From Octopus vulgaris (lineage: Eukaryota), in the NCBI GenBank assembly GCA_951406725.2, contig OX597830.1, positions 5,890,001 to 5,954,000 of the forward strand: a stretch of DNA of 64,000 nucleotides. The letters are read 5' to 3'. The notes beneath the pieces are model-generated. The model saw only the letters and a program-made list of their open reading frames with translations. It was not told the origin of the DNA and did not search any database. The translations under genes were made by a program, and so were the position numbers. Of the stretch, positions 11,500 through 24,124 are shown piece by piece (positions within the stretch are counted from its first letter, which is position 1; every line of letters begins with the position of its first letter).

Positions 11500-12820
11500 A
11501 TCATTATTTTCATTAGCATCTTTCAATTGTTTCCATTTCTTGCCGAATGTTTTCTGACGCCTAGGGCAGAGAAACATACTGTATGCATTTATTAAAAATA
11601 AACACACCAGATTGTTCATTTACAAAGTCTTGTGATATAGAAAAAGAGGAAGAAAGACAGAGAGGAAAAGGAAAAAATAAAAATAAAAAGTAAACAAAGA
11701 AAATAAAGGGGAAAAAAGGAAAGAAAATTCACAGTGACAATGCTCTTCTCAATATATGTGACGTACCAGTTAAGACAATCTTCTGCACTTCCTGCTTGGA
11801 TGGTAAGCCAGGGATCATTCTTAAATCATTTTCAGTTCCTTTTCTGATCATTCCAAGTGCTTCTGCAATCACTGGTATTGTAACCCTCTTGAGATGCCTC
11901 ATCTTTTCTATTTGGATTGACAAGTCTTTTATATTTTCTGGGCTTATCAAATTCTTTTGCCGAGATATTATGGTCGCAGGGTATGCTCATGTCGATCAAT
12001 AAATAGAATTTTTTGTTTTGGTCCTTGACAACAATATCTAGTTTCTTTGCTTTGATGGTCCGGTCTGTGCATACTGGAAAGTCCTAAAGAATTGTTACAT
12101 TTTCTCCCTTAGTTACAGCATCAGAGTGGTGCTTGTGCTATTTGTCAGCAGTTTTGATTTTATGATACCGACACATGTAGATATTGCCCAACTCCGTCGT
12201 GTCTTTATTTGTACTCTACAAGTGCTAAAACTTTACACCCAAGCATCAGGTGGTTAACTGTTCCAATCCCTCGTTGCAGTATCGACACTTTGAGTCTAAA
12301 CCATTTGTCATCACATTGGCTTGATAGTTACGGGACAATAAGCTCTGATCTTGAGAAGCCAAGATAAAGCCTTCATTCTCTGACTTTAGCTCTGAGATCT
12401 GTAGACCCTGATGGGTGTGATTCTGGTCTACACCAGTTTGTTTGCTGCGGGCTATATATTTGCCATGCAGAGGTTTTTGTTCCCATCTATCAACCACTTG
12501 TTCAAACGCATTTTGCTTTGCTATTGATTTCACCTTCTTTGCAACTACAGTAGCTGCACTTCCATCATGCTGTTCAACCTGGGTAATATACATAAACTCG
12601 CTCGAAAATTTTTTGCTCTCCTTCATAACAATGAAGCTTGTTACGTCTTTCATGGTTTTCACTGAGCTTTAGCATCAAGTCGTTAGATGTTTCAAGATAT
12701 TTTGCCAGACAACTGTGATGATTTTGTAGGAGATTTCTAACTAGATCAAACCGTGACCTCTTTGAGCTCTGGGTAGGCAAAGACGTTCTGCATCTGCCTC
12801 TGGATGGCGCATCTTATTGA
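11500..12820 (-). mobile_element. R4/Dong-clade non-LTR retrotransposon 3' part (post-RT region, CCHC finger, RLE endonuclease, 3' UTR), frameshifted
   Basis: WEQKPLHGKY...ENEGFILASQDQSLLSRNY...CRYCNE...RHD...DIVV...IDMSIP...KYKDLSIQIEKM...VTIPVIAEALGMI...IVLTGTSHILRRALSL; ends in (TAA)n. Confidence 0.9.
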
Positions 12821-12824
12821 AAGT

Positions 12825-13215
12825 CAGCAACATCTTCTATATAACACATGTGGTGCATCTTGTCGACCACAACTAGATCCGGTTTGTTATACTGTAGCAC
12901 CTGATATGTTGTATTGGGAAATCCCATAGAATTTTGCAGATTTCCTATACCGCCACTCTCTGTGTTTTGTGTTCGTACCACGCCTTGTCTCTCTCTAGGC
13001 CCCACTTCTCGATAGTTTCCAGTGTAGGACTTTCCCTACCTCATCGTGATTCCAAAACCTGTAATGGTTCTCGGTAAATCTAGGGCATTCGTTCGCAATA
13101 TAGACAACGGTTTCCTCCACTCTATTACAGACGTGGCACAGGAGGAACACTTGCGCATTCCAAAGATTGACTCTCCAATTTCTGGCCAAACTTGGTCTAG
13201 CGCTGCCAGTTTGGT
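12825..13215 (-). mobile_element. R4/Dong fragment (second subfamily, CCHC-RLE)
   Basis: CHVCNRVEETVVYIANECPRF...NHDEVGKVLHW; YNKPDLVVVDK; homologous to 25165-25510. Confidence 0.82.
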
Positions 13216-13249
13216 GTTCATTATTATTATTGTTATTATTATTTAATAG

Positions 13250-14300
13250 TCTTATTATTTACCACGTACTTTCACTGCACTACCGGGCGCATCTCCGTGT
13301 GATTTGGGTAAGTGGTGTGGTTTGTTGTGATGCTCTTATTTTTACTGTACTGAAACTGTTTTACGTAGGACGTGTGCGGTGCCTAGTAGTACTATTTTCA
13401 CTATGTTATATATACTTGTTAGTCCTGGTGTTTTTGTTATGTATTTGTCTGAATATTTTTTTATCATACCTAATGTGCCTACTGTGATAGGAATTGTTTC
13501 TGCTTTTACACCTCAAAATCGAGTAACCTCTATCTCTAGGTCTTCTTTCTGTTTAGTCTTTTGATTTTAGACTCCGCATACCGTTTCTATTTTCAGACCC
13601 CACAATCTGTTTCTGTTTTTAGACCCACGTTCTGTTTCTGTTGAGCTCAGTTTTTAGTATGAATCTTATTCTCCTGTAATATTCTTTTCTTATTTTTTCC
13701 TCCATAGTAGCATGTTGTATACCATCTCCTTCGTTTATCCCCAGGTATTTATAGCTTTCTTGTGGGTCAAGCTACTTGATGGTTGTGTCAGTATCTAATA
13801 TAAGGGAAGCTGTTTGCTTGGGCTTGCCTCTTACAAAAGTTGATTTAGCACACTTCTCAAGGCCAAACTCCATCCCGATATCATTGCTGAATTCTTTAAA
13901 AGTTGTTAGCAACCCTTCTAGCGCTTCGTCATTTCTAACAAACAACCTTGAGATGGTCTATATAAAACAGACGGTTTACTATCGTATTATACACTTTGAA
14001 CCCATACCTAGTTTTACTCAGTTCGCTTCAGAGTGGGATCAATGCCATGCAAAAGAGAAATGGGGAGAGGGAGTCACCTTGAAGATGCCTCGTTTGATGT
14101 GAGTATTCTTGAACTGGTGTAGGAGGAGACGTGTATTCCACTTGGTCATGTTTTTGCCAATTTCCCTATAAAATTTCTTTGTACCCGTTTTGAATACATT
14201 GTTTTGTCGATAAGATTTGATTCCTTTGTCATACCATCTGAGTAGTTGGGCTTTAAGTTTTATTCGTTGTTTCACTATTTCCTTGGTTGCAGGAAGGTTT
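13250..14300 (-). mobile_element. R4/Dong element with internal deletions (N-terminal, RT and RLE C-terminal pieces)
   Basis: RQNNVFKTGTKKFYREIG; RGIF(Q)GDSLSPLLFCMAL; DIGMEFGLEKCAK; YKYLGI; KDLEIEVTR...TIPITVGTLGMIK...IVLLGTAHVLRK. Confidence 0.85.
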
Positions 14301-14306
14301 ATGAAA

Positions 14307-14307
<1 letters not shown>

Positions 14308-14402
<95 letters not shown>

Positions 14403-14469
14403 CATTATTATTATAATTATTATTATTATTAATATTATGACTCTTCTTCTTTTTCTTCTTCTTCTTATA

Positions 14470-14506
<37 letters not shown>

Positions 14507-14523
14507 TTATTATTATTATTATT
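14308..14523. repeat. (TAT)n/(CTT)n/(CTA)n compound microsatellite
   Basis: direct inspection. Confidence 0.96.
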
Positions 14524-14826
14524 TGTTTGACTTTTGCTTTGCATTTGAACAAGTTGGTTCCAAGTCTCACCCAGAGACCTCAAGAGACAACAAGTTAGAA
14601 GTTCATGTTGGTGTTATGCATTGGGTGCCATATATTTAGTTTCGTACATAGTATTGTTCTAGAGAATGTTTAAGAAAACAGGAAAATTATAAGTTTGTTT
14701 TAAAATCTGAGATTACATAGACAATATTTTACGTAGGATATGAACAATTCCCATGAGCACTATTTTTTGAATTTCTGCCATTTTGGGGTGTTTCTTGGTA
14801 ACTGAACTACATAGCAATCAGCTCCT
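14524..14826 (-). mobile_element. R4/Dong extreme 3' end and 3' UTR
   Basis: IQKIVLMGIVHILRKILSM-stop, then UTR ending in (TAA)n. Confidence 0.78.
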
Positions 14827-15821
14827 ATTATTATTATTATTCAACATTTGATAGGTTCAGGGAAATTTCTACTGCATCACCTGCTACACCTACTTGTTGA
14901 TTGGGGGTGTGCAGCATTGTGCGTTCCATTTTGTTGTTAGAGGGATGCTAACACTTCCCCGTATTTTATTGCGTCAGCTTGTTTTGTTATGAGGTGTGGT
15001 GATGTCTTCTGTTGTATTAGTGTTTGCATTGTGCGTAGTGTGGTTATGCGAGTTATGTTCTTCTGTTGGGACAGCCTGCTGGTTGTTGTTTATTTCATTG
15101 GCTATTTCTTATGTAGATTCTACTGATATGAAAAGCATTCATTCAGTATATTTAAGAAAATATACATAATTTAAGTTATAATTTAGAGAAGACATCAGTA
15201 TGGAAAAACCATAGTTAAGTAACTCCTGCTATGCTTAAAATAGTAAACATTAAGGATCTAATTAATAATAGTTATGTGGCGAAGAAAAGACAATGTTATC
15301 TCCATGACTGATATAATTTTAACGAAGACGACAAGTAGGGGACATGACTCCCTAGGGCAATAGAAACATCACTATGTATGTCGAGATAGTGAAATGTTGG
15401 CTAAAGAGATCGATAGTGAATTAATAGTCACAACGGCCATTTTGATTCGTAATTGCTAGTATCATGCCAAAAGCGTAATTGTTACATTATGGCAAGAAGC
15501 CAAAACGGTTCAACATACACACACATACATGCTCTCTCTCTTACAGACACATACACATACACATACACGCACAAACACATGCATTCACGCACACACGCAC
15601 ACACACACATAGACTCTGCACAGTCACACATATGTACACATATTTCGTATCGTATGAATTTAGGTGAACTGGTTTATGATTATAAAGTCTCTCTCTCCCT
15701 CCCTCTGTATATATATATATGACTATGTTTATAACTTGCAAATAAATAACAAATTTGTTTTTATATATATACAACGTATATTAAAACCATATCTATATAC
15801 TTGTATATAAGCAAAAGCATA

Positions 15822-15888
<67 letters not shown>

Positions 15889-16356
15889 ATGTGTGTGTGT
15901 GTGTGTGTTTATATCTGAGAGAGCCGCCGGCACCGCTTTTAAACCAAAATCGGTGTTTGAAGTCGACTCTTTGTCATGTTGCGATTTCGCTGTTTGTTGT
16001 TCATAAGTTTGCTTGTTTAAAGTAAAAAAGTTTTTCGCTCTCTCTCTTCATTGTATTTCGAAACCGACTCCGAAACAAAACAGCCAACACATACACAAAG
16101 ATTGGAAACGAATAAGGCAATCGCTATAAAATTCTATACGATTAATTAATTGCACTAAATTTATTAGAATCTTTTTACCAGGTTGCCATGTTGGAACATT
16201 AAACCGACCTCCAAAAAAACAAAGAATATTTTTCTTCATGGTTCTATATACAGACTTTTACTTATCTATTGTTGATCTTGTTTTTTAATGTTGTTAGTGT
16301 TGTTATTAGATGTGCTGTTGTTCCTGTGACGTTGTTGTTTTTGCTGTTGTTAAAAT

Positions 16357-16451
16357 AGTAATAATAATAATAATGATAATGATAATAATAATAATAATCA
16401 TATTTATAATTATTATTATTGCTGTTGTTGTTGTTATCATTATTATTGTTA

Positions 16452-16492
<41 letters not shown>

Positions 16493-16518
16493 GTTGTTGT
16501 TGTTGTTGTTGTTGTTAT
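16357..16518. repeat. (TAA)n/(TTA)n/(TTG)n microsatellite
   Basis: direct inspection. Confidence 0.95.
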
Positions 16519-16727
16519 TTGGCAAAATCGTTAGCACGTCAGACAAGACAAAGGGCTTAGCGGCATTTCTTGAGGTATAATGCTCTAGATTCAAAATCCA
16601 GCAAGGTTGACTTTGGCTTTCGTCTTCCCAGGGTCAAAAAAGTACATACAACCGATTATTGGTTTCGTTGTAAACGACTTAACCTACTGCCGTGAAATTG
16701 CTGGCCTTTTGCTAAAATTTGAAACCG
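16519..16727 (+). mobile_element. diverged SINE family 1 copy
   Basis: TGGCAAAATCGTTAGCACG head; GGTTGACTTTGGCTTTCGTCTTCC core. Confidence 0.7.
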
Positions 16728-17180
16728 TCATCATCATCATCATCTACATTGTAATGATATGATTTTGTGACAAACGCACTATCATCATCATCATCATCAT
16801 CATCATTTTTATAATAATAATAATAATAATAATTATTATTATTATTGTTATTAACATTATTAGCATTATTATCATTATTATTATTATTATCATTATTATT
16901 ATCATTATTATTATTATTATCATTATTATTATCATTATTATTCTTATCATTAATATTATCATTATTATTATTATTATAATCATCATCATCATTATTATTA
17001 TTATCATCATCATCATCATCATCATAATTATTATCATTATTATTATCATTATTATTATTATCATCATTATTATTATTATCATTATAATTATTATCATTAT
17101 TATTATTACTATTATTATTGTCATTATTATCATTATTTTTATTATTATTGTCATTATTATTATTATTATTATTATTTTTA

Positions 17181-17223
<43 letters not shown>

Positions 17224-17339
17224 CATTATTATTATTATTATCAGTATCATTATTATTATTATTATCATTATTATTATTATCATTATTAATATTATTATTA
17301 TTATTATCATTATTATTATTATTATTATTATTATTTTTA

Positions 17340-17412
<73 letters not shown>

Positions 17413-17444
17413 TATCATTATTATTATTATTTTCATTATTATTA

Positions 17445-17488
<44 letters not shown>
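16728..17488. repeat. ~760-bp (TAT)/(CAT) trinucleotide array
   Basis: direct inspection; source of the poly-I/L/M ORFs. Confidence 0.97.
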
Positions 17489-17490
<2 letters not shown>

Positions 17491-17569
17491 ATTAATGTAG
17501 TTTTTCTAAACTGTTGTAGGAAGGAAATGAATATCTTTACTTCTACGCTTCAAATATATGAGTTAGCGT

Positions 17570-17780
17570 CTAGAGCAAGAGCTGCGGCACAGGAGCATCA
17601 TTAATAGCAAAGGCATCAACAACAGTAGTAATTCCTGTTGTTGTTGTTGTCGTCCTAGCTGTTACAACAGCTGCTGATGTTGATCTTGTGTTTTCCGGTC
17701 GTTGTTGTAGAGACGCCAACAAATTTTTAGTGACCCTGGAATTACCATTATCTGCTCTTCGATAATTCGGAATCGGTGAT
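17570..17780 (-). CDS. putative terminal coding exon of an unidentified host gene (S/T-rich)
   Basis: acceptor TTACTTAACAG, then 1 nt plus 70 codons SPIPNYRRADNGNSRVTKNLLASLQQRPENTRSTSAAVVTARTTTTTTGITTVVDAFAINDAPVPQLLL-stop in unique sequence. Confidence 0.35.
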
Positions 17781-18353
17781 CTGTTAAGTAATTATCAAGA
17801 TCAAAAGACTACCATTTTCAGTCCCATTAGGTACCAACTCTCAACAACATATGTTAAAGGAATGTCCAATAACATCACTTAGGGGTCTTAAGTTCAAATA
17901 TCCCTGAGGGCTGCCAGTTTAACATGCATTTAGCATCCCAAAACAGGGAACGTAAATTGACACCGACATTTCATAATTTCATGCAACAAGTTACGTAATA
18001 TACACGATGTATAAAACACACAGAATTGTCGACATGGAAGCACAAAAACGCCTTCACGGCGGTGTTCCTTGCTACGTAATATAAAACCTTAGCAGGGTCT
18101 ACATTGGCTGTTCTTTCTGATATACTTAAGATACCACAAGAAGGTACTCTACGTGTAGCTGATAGTATGCACTATATAGTGAGGGAAATCTTTATGGAAT
18201 ATCATTGTCGTTACTTACTGGTGTAATGACGGGCTTCCTGAAAAGCTATTCTAGATGCACATCCATGTACAACGAGCAAAGAATGAAGTAGCCACAACGG
18301 TGAAAATGGCGGAGGAAACCAATAGTACAAATCACATCTTGTGCTTATCATAC

Positions 18354-18389
<36 letters not shown>

Positions 18390-18597
18390 TACACACACAC
18401 ACACACATACACACACAAACACACACACAAAAAGGCATGCGTGCACACGCATACGCACATGTATATACGTACATATATATACATCCGTACAGACACACAC
18501 ATATATAATTTATGTATGTGGTTTCCAAGACCCTTAAAGTGAATTCGCGAGTTTGTGTCAATAATGCATGCATAGTTTTATACATACATACATACCC

Positions 18598-19008
18598 ATT
18601 TCTTTACTTCCCAAAGGGGCTGAACACAGAGAGGACAAACAACGACAGACAAATGGATTAAGTCGATTACATCGACCCCAGTACGTAAGTGGTACTTATT
18701 CAATCGACCCCGAAGGATGAAAGGCAAAGTCAACCTCGGCGGAATTTGAACTCAGAACGTAGCGCCAGACGAAATACCTATTTCTTTACTTCCCAAAGGG
18801 GCTGAACACAGAGAGGACAAACAACGACAGACAAATGGATTAAGTCGATTACATCGACCCCAGTACGTAAGTGGTACTTATTTAATCGACCCCGAAAGGA
18901 TGAAAGGTAAACTCGACCTCGCCGGAATTTGAACTCAGAACGTAACGGCAGATGAAATACGGCTACGCTTTTCGCCCGGCGTGCTAACAATTCTGCCAGT
19001 TCGCCGCC
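18598..19008 (-). mobile_element. SINE family 1 tandem (182-bp partial copy plus full copy)
   Basis: 18598-18779 duplicates 18780-18960 with shared private variants; full head GGCGGCGAACTGGCAGAATTGTTAGC ends at 19008. Confidence 0.92.
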
Positions 19009-19161
19009 TACAAAATACATACCTACATACATGCACACATATCCGTACATACATAGATGTACATGCATACATTCATACGTACATACATACATAGTGCATA
19101 TACATACATACATACATACATACATACATACATACATACACTTACATACATGTATACCCAC

Positions 19162-19269
19162 CGCACCCAACAAGCCACAGATGTAGCCTCATCTTCCACC
19201 ACAACCTCAGCAGCAGCAACCGCAATGGCCGTCCCGTCCATCAAATGAAAAGCTGCTTCTGTTTGAACG
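19162..19269 (-). CDS. putative internal exon (108 nt), phase-compatible with 17570-17780
   Basis: TTTTATAG acceptor, open frame VQTEAAFHLMDGTAIAVAAAEVVVEDEATSVACWV(R), donor CG|GTGGGT. Confidence 0.25.
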
Positions 19270-20009
19270 CTATAAAATTCTCATTCGTTTACTTTTCCAA
19301 CCTGTTACAAATCCTTAATTACATTCTTTGTTTTCCACTTTCCACATTAATTCGTTCTTTTTTATTTTTACTGCTTTATATATTTTATTATTCTTACTGA
19401 TTTCCCCCTTCTACTTCCCATTTTTTAAGAATCATGGTGTTTTTTGTCTTTGATTGGTTGGCGTTTATTCCAAATATGGTGTTAACAGGGTAGTTAACAT
19501 CGTTGATAATGGAACCAAAGACACGCTTGTTCAACAATATATGCCATTCCGGTTTATATTTATTCTGCTTCATTTCGTTTCTTTGCCATTGTTTTCTATC
19601 AACTTCCGTCAATTTCTTATTTCCTTCTTCACATGTCCCACCTTTCTCAAGCTCCCTTCCATTTCCTGTATTTACCTCTCACTCCCCTATTATTTTACTC
19701 ACTCTCTCTTTCTCTCTTACTTCCACCAATATGTATGTCTGTCTGTATGTATGCATGTATGTACGTATACTGTGTAGTTTAATATAGAATTCAAATATAA
19801 ATGAATTAACAGTGAAACTGTATGGTTTCTTTCTCAGTCTATTCGTAACGAATCATCCATGATTATCTAGCTTCCGTGAGTTTGAAGGATGTCCTCGTGA
19901 AATAAGCAACCCGAATATTTTGTTGTTTGCCGTAGGACCATTTCGTCCCAACTCTTCAGAACTCTGTATAGATTCCTAAGAATTTCATCCAAACATATTT
20001 TTTGTTGTT

Positions 20010-20345
20010 GCTTGTTTTGGTGATTGGACTGCGGTCATGCTGTGGCACCGCCTTCAAGAATGTGTAATCGAATGGACCGACCCCGATAATTTTTTTTACA
20101 ATACCCGGTACTTATTCTACAAATTCCTTTTGTTGAACCGCTAAGTTATTGGGACGTAAACACACCAACACCGGTTGTCAGGTGATGGTAGGAAACAAAC
20201 ACGGGCACAAAGACATACACAAGCACACACGTGCACACACACACACGATGGCTTCAGCTTCTGTCAGCCGGACGTTAAAGTACAAAACACTTGCTCAAGG
20301 TGCCACACAGTAGGACTGAACCCAGAACCATGTGGTTGGAAACAA
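20010..20345 (-). mobile_element. SINE family 2 copy
   Basis: GACTGCGGTCATGCTG...GAACCGCTAAGTTA..GGACGTAAACACACC...CAAGGTGCCACACAGTAGGACTGAACCC. Confidence 0.8.
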
Positions 20346-20589
20346 TGCCTGAGTATATCAATAATACATATATACGTATTTACATACAAACATATATACA
20401 TACAAAGATGTGTGTGTATGTGCCTGCGTGTGTGTGTGTACAAGATGGGTGTACATATTTTCCGTCTACCATATTCCCACAGACGGCACTGATCAATCTG
20501 GAGCAATAGAAAAATACATTCACCATAGGTTCCACACCATGTCACTGACTTCGAAACCTCGTGTTTTTTAACGGCAGGAAAGAACTGAC

Positions 20590-20905
20590 ATTCCGTCTGT
20601 TTCGACAATAGCTGTCCCTGTCAACCCGATCAACGGAACAGCTTACGCGTGATATTAACGTACAACTGGCTTAGCCCTTCACAAAAGAACGCACCCTTAA
20701 CGTAATTCTCGGTAGTATTTAGTGTGACTCAAAATGTGAGAAGGCTGGCCCTCTTGAATTACAAGTACAACTCATTTTTGATAGCTGAGTGGAGTGAGGC
20801 AAAAGGAAAGCAAACATCTTACTCAAAGGCACAACGCCCCACTGAGAAGAGAACTGTGACTTTATGATCGTAAGCTGAATATCCTAACCGTTAAGTTACG
20901 CGCTT
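20590..20905 (-). mobile_element. diverged SINE with family 3 tail and CORE-like head
   Basis: CCGATCAACGGAACAGC..CGTGATATTAACGT..CCCTTAACGTAATTCTCGG shared with 35510-35897. Confidence 0.7.
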
Positions 20906-21195
20906 TCAATTGAATGAAGGGAAAGCGAGGCTGTAAAACATTTCTGAGAATGGCATGTGAGGCAAAGTACACGGGACGAAGGGAGTTCGAAGTATTCTTT
21001 CGACAATCACATGGAAGATTTCTTCGTCAATAGACTGCCTCCGGTCTTGAAATATATTAGCTAAACCTGGATGTTTATGTGTGCAAGATTTGGTATTTAA
21101 GGAATTAAGAGACGGCGATGGAAACGATTCAAGGATTTACGAAATTCCTTGCCAGAAGCGGAATTTATGTAAGGTTGAAGACAACCATAGAATGC

Positions 21196-21440
21196 AACCA
21201 CCACCACCGCCACCACAATCCCCACTACCCCACCACCACCACCACTGCCACCTCTACTACCGCAGGCACCACCACCGCCACCACCACTATCACTACCGCA
21301 AAAAACACCACCACTGCTACCAGCACCGTCACCATAACCTACACTGCCATCAACATCATCACCAAACCTCATCATCACTACTGCGACGACGACCACCACC
21401 ACCGCCACCCCCACTACCACCACCACCACCACCACCAACA
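21196..21440. repeat. degenerate (CAC)n low-complexity tract
   Basis: direct inspection; source of the poly-H/P/T ORFs. Confidence 0.9.
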
Positions 21441-23226
21441 GCTGTAACAAATATTTATTTTGTCCACGTGATACTGAAATTGATAAATCGACTGTTTCAT
21501 TAAATATTGATCATTATCAATATCTGACGGTTCGTGTTTAGTTCTGTTCCATAAAGTTATTCAGGGTTGTTAGTGCTGTTGTTTAAACATATCAATCGTC
21601 ACTGAATTAATCTATAATCCAGCCGTGCCCATCCACTGAATCACATCCTATGCGTTTCTTTTTAGAAGATGGTATAGTTTGATTTGAAGGTTATTTTGCT
21701 GTCATTTCTAACAGATAGAGTGACCTGGCTCGGAGCACTGTGAGCTGTTGTTGTTGTAATTCTGTCCATGACCTTTTCATCGCTGTTTTAGTCATTGTGA
21801 ATCTTGGACTACATTATCCAATATGTTATTCTTTTTCTTAAGTTGCTGGAATGTGATTTAAGGGAGGTTTAACTGCTATTTCTAGCATGATCACTGTCAT
21901 CCACAATGTTTACTCAGTTCACTCATAAGGATGACGTAATATGCTTCTATTTCAGACCCGCGTTTTTTTTTTTTTACCTTGAAAGTGTTGCGAATCTTGT
22001 ATTCGAACACGGACAGCCCTCATCTAAAATTGGAATGTCGTCAATCAATTCCCTACGTAAAAACATGGTTGAGAAGATAAGAAGTTCAACCCGCAAACAG
22101 TTGTCTCAGGTTCAATACCACTGCATTTCAACTTGTGTTTGGTCAAATGAGTCTAAAAGAAATGCTGAAGAAGGAATATCTATTGAAAACCTCACGAGGA
22201 AAGCCATTAATTTTTTGGGTTGAAGAATTTATACCTCACACAGTTTAACATCATTGTTGGTCATAGGTTATTTTATGTTTTGTGGAATCCAGTCTGATTA
22301 AAGAATTTTCATCAGTTTCCGGCGTTGGGATACCTTCCAGCCACGGAAAACCGTCAATGGTGCCGTAATACTTCGTCCAAGTCGACCCTTAAACAAATTT
22401 TGACAACCATAAAAAAAAAAAGAAAGGAAAATTCTATCAAAATTGTTTTTGATAAGAAGCCTGCAACTCCATTCTTTAACCAAGAAAGAAAATTATGTGA
22501 TCTTAGGAGGTTTACCCTTTTTCCAAGTGAACTATAGCATTAATCAAGATATTTATATCGATTCCAAGTTCCCTTGGATCCAATAACGAACGAAGATATT
22601 TGCCTCATTAAACCCTAAATTCAAATCAGGTTGTGACAAACGCAAACAGATAGAATAGTAAAAGAGAAAGAATGAAGAATTTACCAAAATCCAACAAGAA
22701 TGAAGATAGATAATGTGATATTACCTTTATGGGAATGGTGAATGTCAAACGTTAATGACTGAGAAAAGTAAGGTTGTGAAATATTCATCTCTGATGAGGG
22801 AAACGCAATGAGGAAGAAACCAAATAAATGTGCTTGATGTGTCGTAGTGATGAAGAAGTTGATAAAACAATGATAAAGGAAACAGCAATTAGTTTGGTTG
22901 TGAAACGTTGAGTATTCATTAGATATCAGAGGAAGGATGCATCGATTCCACTCTGTTGGGCATTGACGTATTGCTTAGGAATGTGATTGCTGAGAGACTT
23001 AACGAAGACTATGTTACTAATGCTGTAATACTGAATTTCATTGTTTTAATATATTTAGTGATTCTGTAGGTGGGGCGTACTACTCGGGACGGGTTCATTT
23101 CGATTGCAGTTAAGGAATTAAAAGCCTATCGTTTATATTTCGAGTTAACGCTATAGGTTACTTGCTGTAACCCGATAGGAGGGTTCTTGGCATCTAAGGC
23201 AACTTGTAGCCCGATGTTAAGTGTGT

Positions 23227-23650
<424 letters not shown>

Positions 23651-23805
23651 GCATAGAGGAAATAGGAATAAAACTCTGTTTAGTACAACTCCAGAAAACA
23701 GTCTTATTCGAGAGAGCTAGAATACTTAGGAGGGTTCTTGGCACCTAAGGTTACTTGTTGTAGCCCGATGTCAAGATTCTTTTCTTTCAACAGTCTGATG
23801 TGAGG
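23651..23805 (+). mobile_element. R4/Dong 3' end fragment (a shorter homologue lies at ~23178-23226)
   Basis: IEEIGIKLCLVQLQKTVLFERARILRRVLGT-stop plus short UTR before (TAA)n. Confidence 0.78.
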
Positions 23806-23837
23806 ATAATAATAATATCATAATAATAATCAACAGT

Positions 23838-24075
23838 CAGTGGCTCTCATGGCTTCTGATCTTAACTGATTGGAAGTGTTATCATGTACATTGTTTTGTC
23901 TTGGATAAAAGATGGGCTACAGCAAATATTCTGCTCAATACCACAGATTTGCTTGTCAGTTGTTTGACCTTAACCAGTTGAGTGCATAATAATAATAGTC
24001 ATAATAATAATAATACTAATAATCAGGGACCTTTACCCCAGTGTCACTTTGATGGCATGCACTGCTCTCTCACTC
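23838..24075 (+). mobile_element. internally deleted copy of the ~540-bp (TAA)n-associated repeat
   Basis: reverse complement of both termini of 10566-11108. Confidence 0.82.
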
Positions 24076-24110
<35 letters not shown>

Positions 24111-24124
24111 TAATAATAATAATA

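Noticed and set aside
21081-21503. Poly-His/Pro ORF resembling a transcription factor low-complexity region
   Set aside because: Explained by a degenerate (CAC)n tract open in several frames, with no domain
22785-22815. CTGATGAGGGAAACG hammerhead-like core
   Set aside because: No stem II, no GUH cleavage triplet and no convincing stem I
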